From Asterionella formosa (Eukaryota), in assembly GCA_002256025.1 (NCBI GenBank), contig NKIB01015318.1:1-36567 (forward strand): a DNA stretch of 36,567 bases. Reading direction: 5' to 3'. The position numbers were made by a program, and so were the translations under genes. Under the pieces are notes generated by a model that saw only the letters and a list, made by a program, of their open reading frames with translations, searched no databases and was not told where the DNA came from. Of this stretch, positions 31,621 to 36,567 are shown in pieces (the stretch's first letter is position 1; each line of letters starts with the position of its first letter).

Positions 31621-33726
31621 TCAAACCTTGAGGAAGGATCCAGGGATGAGATCAAAGGAATTTAAATTTCCTCTAGCTTCGTCCTCAATAACGTCTCGTA
31701 ATAATTGCACACACTTCTTGAAGTGTGGAAATATCTCCTTTGCTAGCTCTTTTTTTACCGGCATGTTGTGGACTAGGTCAGGTCTGTCGATTAGCTCGCG
31801 CATCCTTTTAAAATACTGAACCTGCCCTCCTTTTAGTACGCTTATCGCTGTTCCTTCACGACCAGCTCTAGCAGTCCTGCCACATCGATGAACGTAGGTT
31901 TTTGCAAAACTCGGCAAATCGTAGTTTATCACGGCACATACTGCCGAGATATCCATACCGCGGGACATAGAATCTGAGCAAACAACGACGGAGACTCCGC
32001 CATCCTTGCTATTACAGCGCTGCATCAACGCAGACCGTTGCTTTTGACTTAGAGCACTAGAGAATTCGCCAATAGCAGTTTGCTCACCAATCTTGGCAGC
32101 TGCCCAAATGAGCTGCAATAATCGTACCAATCGATGGGTGGAGTCTAGACTTGATGTGAAAACGACAACGAGGTTAGCTTCTTCCTTGGCAAGCTGAAAT
32201 TGCTCCAGGATTAAGGCGACCAAAACAAGAGGTTTTTGCTCTGCTGTGCATTCTGCAGTGAACTCAGCTAAGCCATGTGGCATCGAATAGCGCTGAGTGG
32301 CAGTCCTGGTTCCGCCCTTCAAGTGATGAGCGTCATAGTACTTAGGATTCACAAGTCCTAGACTTGCAAGCTTTTGTGGGTCTTTTGTAAGAGTTGCCGA
32401 AAACAACATTTTTCTGAGCTGAACAGGCTGACAAATGTCAGATACAATTGAACCAAATGAGTTGATAGGATTGTGCACGGTAGCTTCGCCGCGACGCCAT
32501 GTGATGGGATCCATAACAAGGTAATCAGTATTTATATTTCCTGACTTTGGTTCACTTGCATCCTTTATGTCTCTCCAGGCCAAGTCGGAAGCAGAATTCG
32601 CTGCCGTAACGATTCTTCCAATGAAGCTATGATAAGATTGACTGACAAGACGATCTGCTTCATCAATGACAAGGAAGCGAAGGTGTTGAAGCGTGAAGCC
32701 AGGGGTCTTTTCAAGATGATCAATCAAACGCCCAGGCGTGCACACCAGCACATCGACAGCACTCCGGCCCCCCCTTGGAATATCCAAATTGTTCGAATCG
32801 AGTCCATTGGGGAAGGCTTTCATTGCCAGTTTAAGATTGCTTTGATCAAAAATGTGTCGGTGGCGTGTCATAGCTATGGGCTCGAAGAAGGTTGCATCAT
32901 CGACTCCACCAACTGTCAATGCCCTTTGTTCATCGATAAAATTCGACTGTCCAATAGCCAGCCCAATTTTTAAATCTGATCCCTCCGTGAATTTATCAAA
33001 CACTTCGAAAACTTGAGTTGCTAGATCTCGACTAGGAAGGATTATTAGGGCCCTTAATCGACGAACTCTCCTCGTTGCCAGTGCATTGAGCACAGGAATG
33101 ACAAAGGCCAAGGTCTTACCAGAGCCAGTTGGGGCAGCTACACACACGTCTCTAGCTCTAATGTGAGAATGCCGCTCTGTTGCAATCACATCAGGGATCA
33201 CCAGCGATTGGATAGGGAAGAAATGCAAATAGCTGTCTCTTTCCAGATTTGCCACTAGGAAAGGGGCAAGATCCCATGTCTTGGCCGCTTCTTTGATGGG
33301 CAAAGTAGACATATGTAATGCAGATTTGATCTCCTCAGATAATCCCTCAACGGATTGTTCTACGACGCCCTCGTCGGCTGGGACCGTTGGAACTTCTCCC
33401 TCTAGTAGTTCTGCTTCAAAATCAAAGTCGTCAAAGCCTTCGTCAGTCGTCCCGCGAATGAGTTTGGATGAAGCTGATAAAGCAGGCTTTGCTTCCGGCG
33501 CAATGACGCGCAAAGTGCACATGGTATCTTTGAATTCTTCAGTTCCATCCTTATCATAACTTTTGATTTCAGGTACAACGCCGGATTCCGCCGATGTGGA
33601 CCGTTTGCGCTTATTCTGTTTGGTCTGATGATGGCCCTTCTTATTTATACTCCTACTCTTGTTATTATCCTTGCGCGAAAGATTCTTTGTCTCAGCTGTT
33701 GGATCGAATCGGCCAACGTTAAACAT
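31621..33726 (-). CDS. DDX51: DEAD-box RNA helicase, DDX51/Dbp6-like
   Basis: Q motif FFPIQ, RDVCVAAPTGSGKTLAF, RRLRALIILPSRDLA.QV, TPGRLIDH, DEAD, LFSATLTKDPQKL, SRGMD, YVHRCGRTARAG. Confidence 0.9.
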   Translation of the reverse strand: MFNVGRFDPTAETKNLSRKDNNKSRSINKKGHHQTKQNKRKRSTSAESGVVPEIKSYDKDGTEEFKDTMCTLRVIAPEAKPALSASSKLIRGTTDEGFDDFDFEAELLEGEVPTVPADEGVVEQSVEGLSEEIKSALHMSTLPIKEAAKTWDLAPFLVANLERDSYLHFFPIQSLVIPDVIATERHSHIRARDVCVAAPTGSGKTLAFVIPVLNALATRRVRRLRALIILPSRDLATQVFEVFDKFTEGSDLKIGLAIGQSNFIDEQRALTVGGVDDATFFEPIAMTRHRHIFDQSNLKLAMKAFPNGLDSNNLDIPRGGRSAVDVLVCTPGRLIDHLEKTPGFTLQHLRFLVIDEADRLVSQSYHSFIGRIVTAANSASDLAWRDIKDASEPKSGNINTDYLVMDPITWRRGEATVHNPINSFGSIVSDICQPVQLRKMLFSATLTKDPQKLASLGLVNPKYYDAHHLKGGTRTATQRYSMPHGLAEFTAECTAEQKPLVLVALILEQFQLAKEEANLVVVFTSSLDSTHRLVRLLQLIWAAAKIGEQTAIGEFSSALSQKQRSALMQRCNSKDGGVSVVVCSDSMSRGMDISAVCAVINYDLPSFAKTYVHRCGRTARAGREGTAISVLKGGQVQYFKRMRELIDRPDLVHNMPVKKELAKEIFPHFKKCVQLLRDVIEDEARGNLNSFDLIPGSFLKV

Positions 33727-34001
33727 GATGATGTGCTTTGTTCACACACCAGCTTTTATAATAGCATTCTTGTTAGCCACAGGATCCATCATTTGTCCTA
33801 CCACCGGTATTTTGTTGTCTATTGTTTACCAGTAGCAACCGGTGGTACCTGGCACCTGGTACCAGTACCGGTACCTGGCACCTTGTACCAGTACCGGTAC
33901 CTGGAACTGATATGCATGAAAGGTGAGAGCCGAATTTTGTCCGTGTACAGTATAGCGTAGTTACTATACCCGTACCGGGATATACAGTACCAGGGTAGCT
34001 A

Positions 34002-34088
34002 CAAGTTGCGGTAATTTTGCTTAAACACTAATTTAGCTATCTCTATCCCATATTAAATTGTTTATTTGAGCAAAATGACCGCAACTTG
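34002..34088. mobile_element. ~87-bp MITE-like element, copy 2
   Basis: 26-bp imperfect inverted ends CAAGTTGCGGTAATTTTGCTTAAACA / TATTTGAGCAAAATGACCGCAACTTG; homologous to 6497-6584. Confidence 0.75.
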
Positions 34089-35029
34089 CTGGTATCTGGT
34101 ACCGTAGTCTCGGCCGAGCAGCGACGACGACAGCATGACGTAAATGGATGAAATATTACTGATGGCGGTATGTATGTGTGATGTACAGCCATTGTAATTC
34201 TACAGAACAAAACTACTAATAATTGCTACCCTGGTACATAAAAATGGATTTGACGACGAGGAGGAGGATGGGTGAAATTGGGAGAGTTGGAAGAGGTCAT
34301 GGAGCTTCTTAATGCACATTATAAGATCTGTTTCAAAAACAAAAAGATTTCTGGTCAATGACAACTTCAACCATTTCACTCGAAACCGCCCTTATTGTTT
34401 ATATTACTATATACATGGTTGAAACAGGTACCACAGTGCCAAGTTTGAGTGATCGTGTTGCCACAGACAGTCCAATTCATTTCCCTGTGGCAGAGGATCC
34501 ACTTGCCAAGCTCCCCTTTCAATGAAAAAATAAATCATGGCAATAACTTTGAAAACCCCGCAAAACAAGTTGCCAAAGCGAAGGTTTAAATCTCGAAAGA
34601 AAATGGTGAAAATTGTACACAAAATAAACTTTCATCTCGAAGTTTTTTTGAAGAAAAGGATGCACTGACAAAGAATTCTGTAGCTCTTGCTTCCGCCCAC
34701 CAACAGCTGATATCTAATAATTAGGTTAGCAGTTACATTTATACTTTTAGCTGTTCTTTTTGCTGCATTAAGCCTATTTCTGTCAGTTCACATTGTCGGC
34801 GCAAAAAATTAGCTGGAGGTCACCTAAATCCATTCTTGCTGGCAACAACATCAAGAATAATTTGTCGAGTTTGTGAAGTAACTTTTACTAAATACAAATT
34901 TCCTGATAGTTGGAATATAAGCCCACATCGGAGGAGCATTGGGAATTGCATCATCAAACTCCAAACTAGTCGAAAATCAAAACCATACATTGCTTAGCAA
35001 GTTCCTTCTTTTTATCGTTGTCCATGAGT

Positions 35030-35560
35030 AGTAATAAATTCTGTAAAGAAATTGCATAAACACACAGAATACCAACTGATTTCTCCAGGCTGAAGGACTT
35101 CCAAGGATATCCTTATGAACCCCCATTTATTGGTGAGAAACCTAAATGTCACTCATCTCAATTCAAAGTAAGTTAATATGTTTTATAGCCCATTCGTACT
35201 CCCCTATTTCTAGGCAAGTTTTTCATTGTGCTACCTGGTACCTGCCGAAAAAACCTGTGCTTCCCTAATGTAATTGATATCGCTGGGCAAGAGTTCACAG
35301 CATCAAGGAACACTTGGGAGATTGAATAAACAGATTCATAATAACCATAGACAAAGCAAATTGTCAATTAGGTTTCTGGGGGCAAGGCTGATAGCAACAA
35401 TCGATTCTGGATAAATATGCTGATTTGTACTGTTTATACCAGAACTTGAATTTGATTTAACAGCATCAACTGTGATGGAAGGTTGATGTAATTCCAGCAG
35501 CAGCTGATTGAAAGCTTGAAAGGACATGCAATATTCATGATGAAACCCTGTTCTTATGAT
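35030..35560 (-). pseudogene. Decayed PIF/Harbinger transposase
   Basis: FHHEYCMSFQAFNQLL, IYPESIVAISL and ICFVYGYYESVYSISQVFLDAVNSCP resemble the N-terminal helical region. TFRFLTNKWGFIR resembles the E..FG.L..KWRI motif. The central DDE core is absent. Confidence 0.6.
35160..35267 (-). repeat. ~108-bp dispersed repeat, copy 2
   Basis: Reverse-complement homolog of 13898-14004, located inside the Harbinger relic. Confidence 0.85.
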
Positions 35561-36567
35561 GGCTGGAGAAGCTTCATGACATGATCACTACAGTCAAGTC
35601 ATTGATGCTCCCATTTTGGAATTCCCACTGGCCTCGAGTTTCGTTCATAGGACTCCAAAAATGATAATTCAACTGCTGCAAATAACAAAAAGCTTTGTTG
35701 TTCCGCTTCTATATCAAGATTGTCAATTAAATCCCAACTGTCAGGTTCTTCCGGTCAATTTGTCATTGTCGTTACAGTAATGATAATGGTCAGACATGTT
35801 GAATAATTGAAGCGCACATTGCAAATATTTTTGCTGAGTCTGATGCACATGTTTGCAGAGACATAAAGAAAACGGCTAACTGTTTTGCTGAAGGCAAGTA
35901 GCCGCCGAGAAGGGTATTGTTGAGGCAATTCCCGCTCTAGCTATCGTCGCGTCATTCGCTTACCTACTGCCCACAAATTTAGCATAAATGTCAATTTTAG
36001 CCTACTATTTCCCATCATATAAAATATATTTTGTATATTTCCTATCTTCACCTCGAAAATTGCCAAAGGTCCGATATTGCCCATCATTAAAATATATTTT
36101 ATATATTTCATATGTTCGCATTTTGGCAAGACAACAGACACCAATTGCCCCTCGGTTTTCCAGCCCTGGGATTGCCGAAATCGGCAAGGGGTCAACTTAA
36201 GGAAACCATTTTATATACTATCCAGATTTGAATAATTTATATCTAGAATTCACCTCGTTTTTGTTCGTCTCCTGAAAAGTGGACTCCGGCAATTCACCTT
36301 TCACCATGCCAATCGTCGTCCATCATGACCGGTTTGAAGCGAAATCAGTTCCGCGATGACGCCAGTAGCGATTCTTTGCCTGACAGATGCGGTTGATTGT
36401 TGGATTGCTTGTCTTCTCGAGGTATTCATGTACTCGCATTGTCCATATTTCGTCGGACGAACGATGATATCGATACATCTGATGTTGGTGGCAAGTTTTT
36501 GCTCCGGTCATGTATGTAATGATGCTTAACGGATATTCTACTGGTACCGGCAGTCATCTAGTCTACA

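Noticed and set aside
36005..36200. Short AT-rich direct repeat (CCCATCAT..AAAATATATTT) and nearby TTAA as a transposon end
   Set aside because: No partner terminus or TSD was found in the window.

Overview
Eukaryotic nuclear DNA, most likely a diatom. This is inferred from intron-poor genes, a diatom-type HMG box, a CoDi-like Copia element and an RNase H-bearing Ambal-like LINE. Left gene block: Q/M-rich HMG-box protein, START-domain protein, L-2-hydroxyglutarate dehydrogenase (one intron), COX15 and an MRS2/CorA Mg2+ transporter. A ~17 kb transposon-rich, CpG-poor block follows. It holds a tRNA-derived element beside an assembly gap, AGTCAGC repeat clusters, a 5'-truncated LINE with a 19-bp target-site duplication (TSD), and a defective Copia element with a nested inverted-repeat element. 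To the right are a second MRS2 paralog, a DDX51/DBP6 DEAD-box helicase and a decayed Harbinger transposase. The most unusual observation is the Copia element. Its 312-bp LTRs run AGT...AGT instead of TG...CA, it has a half-tRNA(iMet) primer site, and a second, uninterrupted copy of its target repeat in this window supports the boundaries. Several short dispersed repeat families occur twice, and GGTACC/ACCGGT palindrome clusters lie at gene 5' ends. All comparisons were made by eye; no databases were searched.
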